Of a stretch of DNA of 35,179 nucleotides, positions 34,701-35,179 are shown piece after piece. Both the position numbers and the translations under genes were made by a program. The notes under the pieces were generated by a model. It saw nothing but the letters and a program-made list of their open reading frames with translations, had not been told where the DNA came from and did no database searches. The stretch's first letter is position 1, and each line of letters starts with the position of its first letter. Source of the stretch: Thermoanaerobaculia bacterium (GTDB taxonomy: Bacteria > Acidobacteriota > Thermoanaerobaculia > Gp7-AA8); assembly GCA_046261635.1 (NCBI GenBank), contig JBHEOL010000099.1, positions 1 through 35,179 of the forward strand, given 5' to 3'.

Positions 34701-34829
34701 ATGACAGCGGCCGGGTGGATTCTTCTCGTGGTTTCGCTCACTTCCGTCTGGAGCCTCGCGATCTGGTGCTACAGCCGGGTGCTCCGCGGCAGCGACATCG
34801 AGCCCCCTCCCGATTCGCTCGGAGGGTAG
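34701..34829 (+). CDS. MetS-like small membrane subunit of the NSS transporter
   Basis: 42 aa with a single TM helix (MTAAGWILLVVSLTSVWSLAIWCYSRVL...). AAGGAGG at 34689-34695 lies 5 nt upstream of ATG 34701, directly downstream of the NSS gene. Confidence 0.65.
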   Translation: MTAAGWILLVVSLTSVWSLAIWCYSRVLRGSDIEPPPDSLGG

Positions 34830-34837
34830 CGGCAGCC

Positions 34838-35179
34838 TCAGGGCGTTCCCGGCACGGCGAGCGGCTGTAGCACGGCGCCGCAGCCGCGGAGCTGCTGACC
34901 GTCGTGGTCGACCGTCACGCTCAGTGGATAACTCTCGCCACTCATCGCATCGAAGCACGACTCCGAATCGATCCTCGCAGTCAGACGCCGGCCCGATTCC
35001 TCCCCCGTCAACCGCGCGAGCGGTTCCCCTTCTCTCCGAACCCGGGGAAAGACGTGGCGCTCCGCCCCGTAGGCAGTCACCAGCACCCCACGCCCCGTCG
35101 AATCGACCTCCAGGTACCAGCCCGGCTCATTTCCAGCGGCCCGAAACTCCACGCCTCGGATCCGTGCATCCTGCCAGAC
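34838..35179 (-). CDS. hypothetical protein, 5' end outside the window (COG3650-like NEPGW domain?)
   Basis: The frame stays open to the window edge. Contains AAGNEPGWYLEV and CFDAMSGESYPLSVTV..GCG motifs, which resemble a poorly characterised periplasmic/lipoprotein domain. The family call is weak. Confidence 0.4.
   Translation of the reverse strand, partial: VWQDARIRGVEFRAAGNEPGWYLEVDSTGRGVLVTAYGAERHVFPRVRREGEPLARLTGEESGRRLTARIDSESCFDAMSGESYPLSVTVDHDGQQLRGCGAVLQPLAVPGTP

Noticed and set aside
34639-34704. 21-codon ORF (MKDATMQTALLSRERRARRSR) between the NSS gene and the MetS-like gene
   Set aside because: It has no SD sequence, its composition is highly basic and low-complexity, and it is very short. 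It is mentioned only as a possible coupling uORF.

Overview
Visibly high-GC, densely coding bacterial chromosomal segment with about 39 protein genes and 1 tRNA. It is probably from Acidobacteriota; this is an inference from a secreted VWFA-related protein of the acidobacterial type, a FYDLN_acid protein and the general gene repertoire.

Gene content, left to right:
- A bkd-like 2-oxoacid dehydrogenase operon (lpd, E1alpha, E1beta, E2).
- A tightly coupled lipoate/Fe-S block: CPBP protease, LipB-Nudix fusion, LipA, 2Fe-2S ferredoxin, ferritin-like protein, HesB/IscA-like protein.
- hemB preceded by a small 8-Cys protein.
- tRNA(CAU), a small XRE HTH protein, then tilS-hpt-ftsH.
- Hemolysin-III, a dynamin-like GTPase, a VWA protein and radA.
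- A NarL-type two-component pair plus an extra receiver, then pal and an M23 peptidase.
- A minus-strand string: ctp, FYDLN_acid, lemA, TPM, TPM, folK.
- tatA and tatC, an NTF2-like lipoprotein, coaA, and an NSS transporter with a MetS-like micro-subunit.

I found no CRISPR array, transposase, integrase, phage genes or recognisable defence genes.

Things that stand out:
1. The LipB-Nudix fusion and the Fe-S accessory genes wrapped around lipA, which may form a dedicated lipoyl-synthase support module.
2. A recurring intergenic architecture of long palindromes whose arms are tandem 7-9 nt repeats. The sequence differs at each locus. There is also a separate REP-like GGCCGCGG hairpin family.
3. 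An apparent 1-nt frameshift in E1alpha.
4. An Hpt homologue with substituted catalytic residues inside the conserved tilS-hpt-ftsH unit.
5. folK translationally coupled to a lemA-TPM-TPM operon.
6. A 22-bp rod-like helix in the leader of the NSS transporter.

All calls rest on reading the ORF translations and the DNA by eye. No database search was possible.
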